From a virus (Duplodnaviria; Caudoviricetes), in IMG/VR virus record IMGVR_UViG_3300020576_005251, positions 32,001-96,000 of that record: 64,000 nucleotides of DNA. One strand, 5' to 3'. The notes beneath the pieces are model-generated. The model ran no database searches and was not told where the DNA came from. It saw only the letters and a program-made list of their open reading frames with translations. Of the stretch, positions 1 to 9,649 are shown piece by piece. Position numbers and translations under genes: made by a program. Numbering within the stretch: the stretch's first letter is position 1; every line of letters begins with the position of its first letter.

Positions 1-764
1 ACACCGCTGGAGAGCGCGAGACATTACGGCGTATTGCCACCCTCCAGGACTATCAGGCGCTCCCCCGCTCCGAGCTGAAGTACTTCGACGTGCGGACGCT
101 GGGTGCTGAAGGGCTCTCATGGTTCACCGATATGCAACTTGGCGACACGTTGCGCATCTTGGGACAGCCGCCCCACTGGGTACAGGATCAGGTTCCGTAC
201 ACCGACTGGGACTTTGTCATTGATGACGTATCGTATCGCACCACAGGCGGGTCACCAAGCGTTCAAGTCGGAAAGACCATCACGCTGCCTGGGTACACCT
301 TCACACCGGATGACATCGGACGCTGGGTGGAGCTGGTCGGGTTCGCAACCACGCAGTACAACGGGTTGACGCAGATCCTGAGCTACACCGGCAACGTCGC
401 CACCGTGGACAAGAACTTCACCACCAATCAGTCTGGGTCAACGTGGCGATTCCCCTGGGTCCGCGTCCAGGAGGTGTTCTCTGGTCAGGAACCGCGCTAC
501 TTCCCTACGCGGATGAAGAACCTGTCCTGGGCTCGCATTCGCGACGGCCTCACCATCTGCTCTGGCGTGGGCGGCGGCGCTACCTGCCGCGAGACCTCCG
601 GAGCGCTCGTGAGGTCAGTCCGCTACACGGAACTCGCCCCCACACTTGAGGAGGGGCTTGCTCTCCTCGAATATTCGTACGCCGAAGTCCAGCGCCTCCA
701 GCGCCAAGCTGTCCTCAGCGTCGACAGCTTCCTCCCCCTCACCACGCGAACGGTGGGCCCGTGA
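1..764 (+). CDS. Hypothetical protein, probably virion/tail-associated; 5' truncated
   Basis: Frame is open from position 3 to the stop at 764; T/G/beta-rich sequence; overlaps the next gene (GTGA). Confidence 0.6.
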   Translation, partial: TAGERETLRRIATLQDYQALPRSELKYFDVRTLGAEGLSWFTDMQLGDTLRILGQPPHWVQDQVPYTDWDFVIDDVSYRTTGGSPSVQVGKTITLPGYTFTPDDIGRWVELVGFATTQYNGLTQILSYTGNVATVDKNFTTNQSGSTWRFPWVRVQEVFSGQEPRYFPTRMKNLSWARIRDGLTICSGVGGGATCRETSGALVRSVRYTELAPTLEEGLALLEYSYAEVQRLQRQAVLSVDSFLPLTTRTVGP

Positions 765-1141
765 CCGCACCCTGGGTAGAGATTCGTGAAGCGCGTGATC
801 GGGACGGAGACCTCTACCGCGTCACGCTCACGATCGCGCAAGCACGTGAGATCCCCGACTGTCTGTTTGTGCTGGAGCGAGAGACTGACGCGTTCAATCG
901 AGTCGCTTCCGTTCCGGACCTGGAGGTACTGCCGCGCACGAGCGAAGACGCCTTCTCGCAGCACCAGCCGCGCTACCTGAGCGCGACCGCCACCAAGAGC
1001 TTCGAGCGCCCCGGGGCCCTGGTGGAGTTCCTCAGTCACGTCAGGCTGCGTATCACCGACCTGACCCAGGTGTGGGCGGGTGAGGTCGATCTGGATATCC
1101 CCGGGCTGTCCGTGTACACTCTTCCGTCGGAGCCCATGTGA
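761..1141 (+). CDS. Hypothetical protein
   Basis: 126 aa ORF coupled to both neighbours by 4-nt overlaps. Confidence 0.65.
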   Translation: MTAPWVEIREARDRDGDLYRVTLTIAQAREIPDCLFVLERETDAFNRVASVPDLEVLPRTSEDAFSQHQPRYLSATATKSFERPGALVEFLSHVRLRITDLTQVWAGEVDLDIPGLSVYTLPSEPM

Positions 1142-2106
1142 CCACCCCTATTGCGATCCAGACGCGCCGTGTCGCCCCACAAGCTGACGGCAGTACGGCG
1201 TATGAGGTCACGACCCGGGTAACGGAGAAGCACGACCTACCCACGGCGAGCCTCTTCGTCGTGTCGATCACGGACCCGCTGAACCCCAAGTCGGACGCCC
1301 TCGCACGCGTCGCGTCCCCGATCGACTTGCGACGGCTGTCGGGGCTGCTCTATGTCCGAGTTGACGCGGCCTCGATCAACTACATCAACGCGGACCCCTT
1401 CGCCCGCGTCGCCAACGTCGACGACCTCACGGCCTACCAGACCGACCGGGCAGAGGCGGTGAGGCGTGGGCAAGGATTCTACCTCACGGACGCGTTCAGC
1501 GCGCTCTACACGGATCCGGCCACGGCCGACGCCGCCTACCGGCAGATCATCGCTCGCCTCTCTGAGCTGGTGACCAACTGGCGCGCGTACACGGCAGGGT
1601 TCGAGACCAATCCCACGCAGAGCTACCCGCTCCCATCTACGCCGCTCTCCGTGGAGGACCTGCGGCGCGCGGCGTACAGCGATGCAGTCACGATTCGGCA
1701 GCGCGCGGAAGCTGTTCACGAGGCAGCACAGGCCGCGTACGAGCACTGCGTCACCGACTGCGCCCTCGATCGCGCAGTCCACGCGATCTTGCTGAGGGAT
1801 GTGACCTTTCTGGAGCGCGCTCGGGCCCGAGTCGTTGCGATCACCGAGACCGACACCACGAACGCCAAGGACTTCGTGCTGAAGATCGGAGCGTTCGCCT
1901 CTGACTCGGAGAGCTACGAGAACCTTCTCACGCAGAAGCGCACAGATCTGAACACGTACGCCGTACGCGTCCAAGCCTGCCAGGACACCTGCGCACAGTT
2001 GCAAGTGTCTCGCGACAGCGCCCAGGCTGACGTGCGCCGCGCCCTGGCTGATGAACAACGGGCGCTCGCCGACGTGCGTGCCGTCTGTCCCACTTTCGTC
2101 CCCTGA
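1138..2106 (+). CDS. Hypothetical protein with coiled-coil C-terminus
   Basis: 322 aa, coupled start, A/Q/R/E-rich C-terminal half. Confidence 0.7.
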   Translation: MTTPIAIQTRRVAPQADGSTAYEVTTRVTEKHDLPTASLFVVSITDPLNPKSDALARVASPIDLRRLSGLLYVRVDAASINYINADPFARVANVDDLTAYQTDRAEAVRRGQGFYLTDAFSALYTDPATADAAYRQIIARLSELVTNWRAYTAGFETNPTQSYPLPSTPLSVEDLRRAAYSDAVTIRQRAEAVHEAAQAAYEHCVTDCALDRAVHAILLRDVTFLERARARVVAITETDTTNAKDFVLKIGAFASDSESYENLLTQKRTDLNTYAVRVQACQDTCAQLQVSRDSAQADVRRALADEQRALADVRAVCPTFVP

Positions 2107-2113
2107 GGAACCC

Positions 2114-3115
2114 ATGATCGACTTCTACAGCGACGCCGCCCACGCACACCTCCGCAAGCTCCTGGACCAGTTCCCCGGCACGCACGGGCTCCTGAAGAAC
2201 GCCGAGTTCGAAGACACCCGGGAAGAGATCCCTGTGAGCGCCTTCGCCGACTTGTCGGCGCAGCGCTTCCCCACGCACACCCCGGAGCATGCCGTGGTGT
2301 CGTTCCTCTACGCCCACGACCAGGGGGCGCCTGCGGGGGTCATGCACAAGATCGCGGAAGCGCTCTACGCCTACGGGGTCGATGCCAGCATCTTCGTCCC
2401 CGTCGAGAACGTGAAGGTCGCCTCGGCGTCGCGCAGCATCTTCGAGGATGGTACCTACCCCGTCAACACGGTGGAGCAGGTCAAGATGGCCGAGATGCGC
2501 CTCTTCGAGGAGGCGCACAAGATCAACCTGGACGCACGTGCCCGGGTGTTCAACAAGCTCGCGCACGCTGCCGAGGAGCTCGGGGTGGAGCTCACGCCAC
2601 GCGCCCAGGCGTGGGGCATGGCCGCGTACTGCAACCCGGAGGATCTGGCCCAGGCGGTGGAGGCCAGGAGCGCCCTGTGCAAGACCGCAGAGCTGAAGGT
2701 CGCGTACCGGGACCTCGCGAACAGCATCCACGAAGACCCCCACGCTGTGCGCGAATACGCCGTACGGGTCAAGGTCGCGGAGACCCTGGCGGAGATGGAT
2801 CAGCGGGCGGGCCTGGACGCCTACTACGAGCGGGCGATCCCCGACCCGCTGTGCAGCGTGTTCAACCGCCCCGCCAAGCTGGGCGAACAGCTGATGCACC
2901 TGGGCCCGAACACCTACGAGGCCAACCGCATCCTGGGCCTCCCCCTGAGCTTCTTTCACGACACGCTGGGTCCCGAGATCGTGTCGGAAGTCGCCCCTGG
3001 TGGCGTCCTCGATCCGGAGCTGCTGATGGCCATCCTGCCCACGCTGCCCGCCGACATGCTCGGGCCCCTGGAGCAAGGTCTCCAGAGCGCGGGGGTCCAG
3101 CCGACTGGCCTGTGA
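2114..3115 (+). CDS. Hypothetical protein, putative head-associated (K-x-A motifs)
   Basis: ATG at 2114 after GAGGAA; strong GC3 codon bias; contains VKVASA and CKTAE. Confidence 0.7.
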   Translation: MIDFYSDAAHAHLRKLLDQFPGTHGLLKNAEFEDTREEIPVSAFADLSAQRFPTHTPEHAVVSFLYAHDQGAPAGVMHKIAEALYAYGVDASIFVPVENVKVASASRSIFEDGTYPVNTVEQVKMAEMRLFEEAHKINLDARARVFNKLAHAAEELGVELTPRAQAWGMAAYCNPEDLAQAVEARSALCKTAELKVAYRDLANSIHEDPHAVREYAVRVKVAETLAEMDQRAGLDAYYERAIPDPLCSVFNRPAKLGEQLMHLGPNTYEANRILGLPLSFFHDTLGPEIVSEVAPGGVLDPELLMAILPTLPADMLGPLEQGLQSAGVQPTGL

Positions 3116-3789
3116 TGAGCGCCCACGAAGTCCTCCAACACCACCACGCTGCGTGCTCCTCCGCGTGGCGTGCGGTCGTCAAGCTGCTGGGTCCTGTGGC
3201 CCTCAACTTCGAGCCCGACACCTTTCGGATCGAGCTGGAACGGCGCGGCGTCGAGTGGACACCGAGCGTGGCCGCGAAGATCCTGGGCGCCCAGACGATC
3301 CAGGTCAGCCGCGAGTGGGTTCACAACTACGACGTGCTCTTCGCCTTTGCGGTCGCGGCCAGCGGCGTGTCCGCATCCAGCGACGGACACCACCATCCGA
3401 CCCCCGCTGAGCTTGCGTGGGCCGTGCTCGACATCGAAGAGCTCGTCGGCCAGAAGATGACCGACGACCACGGGTTCGATCCGGACCATGTGGATTCCGC
3501 CATCGCTGTGGTTCTTCACGACGATGGCTGGGTGTACACCCCGGATGCACTTCGATTCGCTCAGGCGTCGTTGGACCTGATCAATCACGACCCCAAGCAC
3601 ACGCTGCGCGATGAGGTCGCCCGGAAGTGGTCAGAGGTCAAAACCTTGGACGCCGAAACAGTACGCCGCGCCTACGCAGAGATCCCGGACAACGCGGTCA
3701 AGGTGCAGCTGGGCCACCTCTACGATTGCGCGACGGAGCTGAGCGCACGAGCGGCGCTGAGGGAACGACACCGCCATGAGCTCGCCTGA
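3115..3789 (+). CDS. Hypothetical protein directly upstream of the terminase
   Basis: ATG overlaps the upstream TGA (TGATG); the longer ORF call from 2611 overlaps the preceding gene. Confidence 0.65.
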   Translation: MSAHEVLQHHHAACSSAWRAVVKLLGPVALNFEPDTFRIELERRGVEWTPSVAAKILGAQTIQVSREWVHNYDVLFAFAVAASGVSASSDGHHHPTPAELAWAVLDIEELVGQKMTDDHGFDPDHVDSAIAVVLHDDGWVYTPDALRFAQASLDLINHDPKHTLRDEVARKWSEVKTLDAETVRRAYAEIPDNAVKVQLGHLYDCATELSARAALRERHRHELA

Positions 3790-5440
3790 GGTAATCCGAC
3801 TCACGCGGTCGCAGATCGTCGAGCGGACGATCATGTGGGAGAACAAGCCTCTCTCCCTCAAGAACTACCCCATGTTCGTGGCCCCGTACGACGGGGTCTA
3901 CAAGAAAACGCTCCTGAAGTGTTCGCGTCAGGTCGGCAAGTCCATCAAGTTGATGGCCGACCTCATAACGGACTCGATCGGGAACGACTTCTACAAGTCG
4001 CTCTTCTCCACACCGTCGGAGGAGCAGACGAACAAGTTCTCTACGCTGCGCGTCGGCAAGGCGATCAAGTACTCGCCTCTGATCACCGCACGCTTCATCG
4101 ACCCCAGCCAGCCCAATCGAACCCTCACCCGTACGTTCACCAACGGGTCCGAGATCATCTTCACCTATGCCTGTGAGGATGGAGACCGCGTACGCGGTAA
4201 TCACGCCGACCACGTGATGCTGGACGAGGTGCAGGACACCCAGCTGGAGTCAGTCTACCCCGAGATTCGTGAGGTCCTGTCGAACAGCGAGATTCGTCGT
4301 GAGTCGTTCTGTGGCACGCCCAAGACCATGGAGAACGGCATCGAGCTGCTCTGGTCAAAGTCGTCGCAGACCGAGTGGGCGATGCCTTGCCAGGGGTGTG
4401 GTAAGTACTCAGTCATCGTCTCCGAGAAGCAGCTGGGGAAGTACGGCCCCATCTGCGGGCACTGCGGGAAGCACCTCAACCCGCGCCTGGGTATCTGGGT
4501 CGACACCAACACCGACAAAGATGTGGAGTACAAGGGCTTCCACATCAACCGACCCATCATGCTTCGCTGCGTGCAGGAAGCCTGGACCGACGAGGAGCGG
4601 AGAGAGAAGGCGCGCAAGGAGTGGACCGAGGATGTTCTCGGAAAGCTCTACGGAAGCATGCCCTACCCGCTGCCGAAGTTTCGCAACGAGGTGCTGGGGG
4701 TCTCGGACTCGATGGGGCTGCGCCTTGTCACCGAGGAGATGCTGTGGGAGGCGGCGGTCGGCCCTCCGATGTCCGACACACCCAACCCCACCTTGATGAA
4801 GGGTGTCATTCGGCGGTCGGCCGGGGTCGACTGGTCAGGCGGCGGGAAAGACGGCAAGTCTTTCACTGTGCTGGTCATCCTCGGACGCCTGGACACTGGG
4901 AAGATGCGCGTGCTGTTCTTCAAGATCTTCCCCGGCATCCACGCCGTGGAGGAGAACAAGGAGATCGTCCGCATCATCAAGAACTTCGATGTGGGCCAAG
5001 CGCTATTGGTGGGTGGCGACGCGGGCGAAGGCAACATGAACATGGACATGCTGCGCTCCGTACTGACGCCGAGGGAGCGGGTCGTCAAGTTCCGGTACGT
5101 GGGCCCCAACGCCAAGCACTACGTCGCATGGGACAAGCAGCGGGTGAGCTACCAGCTGAACCGCACGGTGGCGATCGATTCCATGATGATGGCGCTGGTG
5201 CGTCGCGAGATCGAGTTCCCCCGGGAGCCTACCGCGCTGCTGAAGACGGCCTTCGCGCACATCCTTGCGGAGTACGAAGAGACCACCTCACGCGAGGCAG
5301 GCGCCCGGAAGTTGTGGCGTCACTCGAACGTGGATCCTGATGACTTTCTGCACGCGCTGACGTTCGCACGTACCGCGCTACAGATCGCGAGCGGGGAGCT
5401 CAACCAGGGCAGTCAAGTCCCCGCCTACGAAGACGATTGA
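3776..5440 (+). CDS. terL: Terminase large subunit (GpA-like)
   Basis: Walker A (KCSRQVGKS), Walker B (VMLDEVQD), motif III GTPKT, CxxC...CxxC ribbon, RNase H-type nuclease motifs GVDW and PDDFLHA. Confidence 0.88.
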   Translation: MSSPEVIRLTRSQIVERTIMWENKPLSLKNYPMFVAPYDGVYKKTLLKCSRQVGKSIKLMADLITDSIGNDFYKSLFSTPSEEQTNKFSTLRVGKAIKYSPLITARFIDPSQPNRTLTRTFTNGSEIIFTYACEDGDRVRGNHADHVMLDEVQDTQLESVYPEIREVLSNSEIRRESFCGTPKTMENGIELLWSKSSQTEWAMPCQGCGKYSVIVSEKQLGKYGPICGHCGKHLNPRLGIWVDTNTDKDVEYKGFHINRPIMLRCVQEAWTDEERREKARKEWTEDVLGKLYGSMPYPLPKFRNEVLGVSDSMGLRLVTEEMLWEAAVGPPMSDTPNPTLMKGVIRRSAGVDWSGGGKDGKSFTVLVILGRLDTGKMRVLFFKIFPGIHAVEENKEIVRIIKNFDVGQALLVGGDAGEGNMNMDMLRSVLTPRERVVKFRYVGPNAKHYVAWDKQRVSYQLNRTVAIDSMMMALVRREIEFPREPTALLKTAFAHILAEYEETTSREAGARKLWRHSNVDPDDFLHALTFARTALQIASGELNQGSQVPAYEDD

Positions 5441-6142
5441 TCAGAAGAGGATCCCACCCGGCTCGCGCAGACGGCGCTCAGCCCAGACGGTCACCGCCTC
5501 CTTGACCGCGTCGTTGTTGACCTTGAAGTCAGGCCAGATCTCGGGGAACTGGGCCTTTCCCTCCGCCAGCACCCAGAGGGTGCGCAGCACGTCGGCCTCG
5601 GCACGGTGGGGCGGGAGCGGCGGGCCCTTGCAGACCTCCTCGTAGGTCGTGGAGAGCTTCCAGCCCCGACGCCCGGCCTTCTTCATGATCGCCCGCGAGA
5701 AGTCCATCACGTCCCAGCTGTGGCCCTCCCAGGGGGAGCCCTTGATGTCGTCCCCGTCGTACGGCGTACTGCCGCCCACCCGGGTGACCTTGTGGCGGGC
5801 GAGCTCCTCCCAGATGAACCCGGTGTCGAAGCGGGTGTTGTAGCCGACGATGGGCGCGCGGTGGAGGGTCTTCGCCATCTCGGCCCAGAGCTCGACGGCC
5901 TCCGGGGTGTCGCACTCCGGGGCGTCCTCCCAGTCGGCGTGCTTGGGGCGGTAGCCGTTGACCTCGTACGCCCGCGCCTCCCCGCGCGCGTAGTCTTCGA
6001 GGGACGGCCGGAACCGCACCGTGTGGATCAGGAAGTTGTCCCAGTTGTCATCATCGATGCGCGCGGCGGAGACCTCGATGATGCGGTGACGCTTGGGGTC
6101 GAGGCCAGTGGTCTCAGTGTCGGCTACGCTGATCGTTGTCAT
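5441..6142 (-). CDS. DEDDh 3'-5' exonuclease (DnaQ-like)
   Basis: Exo I DTETTGL, Exo II YNTRFD, Exo III HRAEADV. Confidence 0.9.
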   Translation of the reverse strand: MTTISVADTETTGLDPKRHRIIEVSAARIDDDNWDNFLIHTVRFRPSLEDYARGEARAYEVNGYRPKHADWEDAPECDTPEAVELWAEMAKTLHRAPIVGYNTRFDTGFIWEELARHKVTRVGGSTPYDGDDIKGSPWEGHSWDVMDFSRAIMKKAGRRGWKLSTTYEEVCKGPPLPPHRAEADVLRTLWVLAEGKAQFPEIWPDFKVNNDAVKEAVTVWAERRLREPGGILF

Positions 6143-6164
6143 GCTGTGCTCGCTTTCTCGGGGG

Positions 6165-9100
6165 TTACCCGACCGTCAGATCCTGACTCGTCTCTCGGGT
6201 CAGGTCGAACTCTTCGTGGTTGATGAGGTTGTACTCGATATCTTCTTCGTTATAGCCATCCAAAGCCGCCTCGGGTACAGGCGGAGGGAGCGCGGCGATG
6301 TAGTCCTTGGCCTTCTGATATTCGCCGTAACTTGGGCCCAGGGCCACATCCCAGCGGTAGGGGCTCTTGAGCCAGGGGCACTCCTTCGCGACGCGCTTGG
6401 TCCCCTGCTCCAAGAACAGGTCGGGGATCTGGTGCGCGTACTTCTTCGGGACCTGGAAGCCGATCGAGTCGTGCACCGTGAGGAGCACCCGACCGCCCAT
6501 GTCCCGCTCCAAGATCTCAGCGATCCAACACAGCACCATCAGCACGATGTCCGAGTTGGTGCGCTGGATCTTGAAGTTGATGCCCTGACGCTGGAATCGA
6601 GCGAGAAGCCCCTTCGGTATCTTCGACACGTCCATCGGACAGCGACGGCGCCCACCATGGAAGGTCTCGACCAGCCCGAACTGCTGGACCTCCCACTTGG
6701 TGTGCTCCATGTACGTCGGAATGGACGGGAACTTCGAGAACAGAAGGTCTCGAATCTTCTGCGCCAGCTCCAGCGAGATGCCTGCGATCTCCGAGATCTT
6801 GGTGATCCCAGCACCGAACAGCATCCCGAACACGACGCGCTTGATGTTGTCGCGGAGTGCGTCAAGCTGGAGCGCGTAGCGAACCAGGGAGGGCGTTTCC
6901 CAGGTCTTGGGGTCGTCGAAGTTCCCGTTGCCGACGCCCTTCTTCTTGTATGTCTCCCGCGTAAAGAAGTCCTCGTACGACCACGCGTGATCGTCGTCGA
7001 TACCCGCGCGCTCCAGGGCGAGTCGGCGATCCTCCCCCTGAAGACCCGCTGCAACCAGCTGAGGATTGAGCGCCTCGCTGCCGAAGAAGCAGTGCGGATC
7101 CATCCCTCCGATCAGGGCGTTGACCAGCGCCTCGCCACCGTCGAACGCTGCGGCGTACGTACCGAAGATGGTCACCTCGGCGCCCTTCGCGTCCGCGTTG
7201 CCGAAGCACATCGAAGGGTCGTCGGGGATGATCAGCTTCTTGCAGTTGACACCGTCGAAGATCGGAACACCCTGATCGTCCAGGGCCAGACGCCCGCGCG
7301 TATCCCGAAGAGCCCCGAGAAGGCCCTTGGGTACGTTCTGCCAGTTGAAGCCGATCTTGCGAACGCCCGACGATGAGGACAGTCGGTCGGTCGCAGTGCC
7401 TGTCAGGTTGTACCCACCGTGAAGGTGGTTGTCCCCGAACATGGTCGCGAGTTGGTAGGCGTTCCCGAAGACCGAGACGCGCGCCTTCTCCGCCTTCTTG
7501 CGCGAAAGGATAAGGTTGGACAGAGGACACTTGTAGCGACTCACGAGCGCCTGGAGCACGGGGGCGCCGGTCTGGATCTGGTGCGTCGCGGTAAAGGCAA
7601 GCGGTCGGTAGGTGATTCGTCCGTTCTGATAAAGGACCGTGTCGGGGTTGGCCTTGGCGATCTCCTCCGCGTGCTCAGGGTTGGGGTGGATGTAGCCCAC
7701 GCCACCGAAGAAGAGATGGTTGGCGATCTGTCGAGGCGTCAGGTCAAAGGTCTCGCCGCACATCTCAAAGATCTGTGCCCCGGACGCGCCCACCACCATC
7801 TCAAGTTTCTCGGCGCCCCACTTGAGATAGTCGAGGTCGATATTCACGCCCTGGTCTTCGATCTTCGCGAGCTCCACTTGCCGAGGCAGCTTGAACTCGC
7901 GAAGGATCTTGATCTGAGGTGATTGATCGGGACACAGTCGCAACACCCGATACTTGGGTGTCCCGCCCATGCGCTCCTCCAGCGTGATGTCGTCCTCGGT
8001 GCGCCTGCGCGCCAGTTCCAGGGCCGTGTCCTCCTTCTCCATGCGCTCGGCCTGCACCAAGGCGAGTCGGCGCGTCACATCGCAGTCCACGGCGTTATAG
8101 AACAGGAGGTCGGGCAGCGCCGCGCCCTGATAGCCGCCCATCTGCTCAGCCTTGAGCTGCTCAGCTTTCTGGGCAGCTTTCTTGGCTTTCTGGTTGAACT
8201 CCCCACCAGCGTGAGCCTTCAGGAGGATCTGGAGGTCTTGACGATGGAGGTCTTGGAGCGTTTGGCTAGCCAGTAGCTTCTCGATCGTGCTGGGGCGGAA
8301 CTTGGCGCTGCCGATGAGCTTAGCCGCGATGGCGCGCTGGAGGGCTTCGAGCACAGCGGGCGGGAGGTTGAGCACCTCCGTGCCCTTGATCTCGACCGCG
8401 CCCTCCGTCACGCCGTTCAAGGCACCATCCTGGGATTCGAGGGTCGCTTGCAGCTGATCCTCGTAGCCCGAGAGCGCCGGGAAGAAGCGCTTCACCAAGG
8501 GCTTGAGGCCGTACTCCTCCGGCTTCGCCTCCTCGATGATGTGCTCCGCGAGCATCGTGTCCCAACCGGGTCGGCCGATCATGCGCCGTGGCAGCTTGAG
8601 GCCGTGCCACAGCGCTTTCTGGTCGTACTTGCCGTTGTGCCAGATCCACTTCTTGTCCGCCTCAAACGCGCGTTTGAGCTCCCGCTTTACGTACACGGGA
8701 TCGTACGGCGTATCGGGGTGATCCACCGCGATTGCCGTGGCCTTGCCAGTATCCCAGGAGAAGCCTACTGACAGGAGCTTGTAGCCGACCCAGTGTGGGT
8801 GAAGCGTGTTCGTCTCGGTGTCTGACGCGACCGACCAGTCTCGGGGGCTGATACCTCCTGCGCTGTAGTTCAAGACGAGGTCAATGACCTCGGTCACCTC
8901 CTTCTCATCGCGGGGGAAGATGTACCCCCGCATCAGGTCCTCGCGGCTGATGGTTGCGGGGGCAACACCTTTCGCGATCTTGACGGCGCGCTCCACGTCG
9001 GCCAGCAGCGTGTTGTACTTGCCGATGGCCGAGGCGTACGCGCTCAGGCTGCGAGTGGGAATGACGCGAAGCGGGATGCCTTCGTATGTGACCTCGAAGA

Positions 9101-9641
9101 CACGACCGAGGGCCTCCTTCTCCTTACGGACGTGGATGCCGAGCGCGTGGACCACGTCGACCCCGCACGCAAGGATGGTCAAGCCCTCGGGGTAACCGAG
9201 GGCCACTCGGCGCCGATGGATGAACTGAAGATCCCCGTCGATGTTGCTCTTGCACGCGATCGCGACGCGCTTGGGTACCTTCTCCATCGCGCAACGAACG
9301 AGGTACAGCGCCTTGTACGAGATGTTGTGGAACCCACCTTCTCGCACGATCTGCTCAAACGCTTCGATAACGACCTTCGCCCCGTCCTCCTTGAAAGGCT
9401 GGTGATGGTTCGGTACGTTGTACCTGGGCAAGCTGGTCTTCCCGAAGAACTTCCTCGGGGCTTGTGGCGCGGTCGCGAGGATGATCACATCCCCGCTATC
9501 GTCGCCCGTTCCGTACGGCGTATAGTGGGTGTCTTTGAAGGCAGGGCACCCCATGCACCCTGGGCCCGCCTTCTCAGGAAACGTGTTCTTCTGACAGACC
9601 TCGCACTCCGACACAGGGAGCGTGGGGATGGGTTGACCCAT
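6165..9641 (-). CDS. polA: Family A DNA polymerase with N-terminal uracil-DNA-glycosylase-like domain and 3'-5' exonuclease
   Basis: Exonuclease motifs DTET, HNGKYD, WDTML, YNAVD; polymerase motifs TDRLSSS, NWQNVP, DAKGAE (A), RDNIKRVVFG (B), TVHDS (C); Cys-rich family-4 UDG-like N-terminus. Confidence 0.9.
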   Translation of the reverse strand: MGQPIPTLPVSECEVCQKNTFPEKAGPGCMGCPAFKDTHYTPYGTGDDSGDVIILATAPQAPRKFFGKTSLPRYNVPNHHQPFKEDGAKVVIEAFEQIVREGGFHNISYKALYLVRCAMEKVPKRVAIACKSNIDGDLQFIHRRRVALGYPEGLTILACGVDVVHALGIHVRKEKEALGRVFEVTYEGIPLRVIPTRSLSAYASAIGKYNTLLADVERAVKIAKGVAPATISREDLMRGYIFPRDEKEVTEVIDLVLNYSAGGISPRDWSVASDTETNTLHPHWVGYKLLSVGFSWDTGKATAIAVDHPDTPYDPVYVKRELKRAFEADKKWIWHNGKYDQKALWHGLKLPRRMIGRPGWDTMLAEHIIEEAKPEEYGLKPLVKRFFPALSGYEDQLQATLESQDGALNGVTEGAVEIKGTEVLNLPPAVLEALQRAIAAKLIGSAKFRPSTIEKLLASQTLQDLHRQDLQILLKAHAGGEFNQKAKKAAQKAEQLKAEQMGGYQGAALPDLLFYNAVDCDVTRRLALVQAERMEKEDTALELARRRTEDDITLEERMGGTPKYRVLRLCPDQSPQIKILREFKLPRQVELAKIEDQGVNIDLDYLKWGAEKLEMVVGASGAQIFEMCGETFDLTPRQIANHLFFGGVGYIHPNPEHAEEIAKANPDTVLYQNGRITYRPLAFTATHQIQTGAPVLQALVSRYKCPLSNLILSRKKAEKARVSVFGNAYQLATMFGDNHLHGGYNLTGTATDRLSSSSGVRKIGFNWQNVPKGLLGALRDTRGRLALDDQGVPIFDGVNCKKLIIPDDPSMCFGNADAKGAEVTIFGTYAAAFDGGEALVNALIGGMDPHCFFGSEALNPQLVAAGLQGEDRRLALERAGIDDDHAWSYEDFFTRETYKKKGVGNGNFDDPKTWETPSLVRYALQLDALRDNIKRVVFGMLFGAGITKISEIAGISLELAQKIRDLLFSKFPSIPTYMEHTKWEVQQFGLVETFHGGRRRCPMDVSKIPKGLLARFQRQGINFKIQRTNSDIVLMVLCWIAEILERDMGGRVLLTVHDSIGFQVPKKYAHQIPDLFLEQGTKRVAKECPWLKSPYRWDVALGPSYGEYQKAKDYIAALPPPVPEAALDGYNEEDIEYNLINHEEFDLTRETSQDLTVG

Positions 9642-9649
9642 TCATGACC

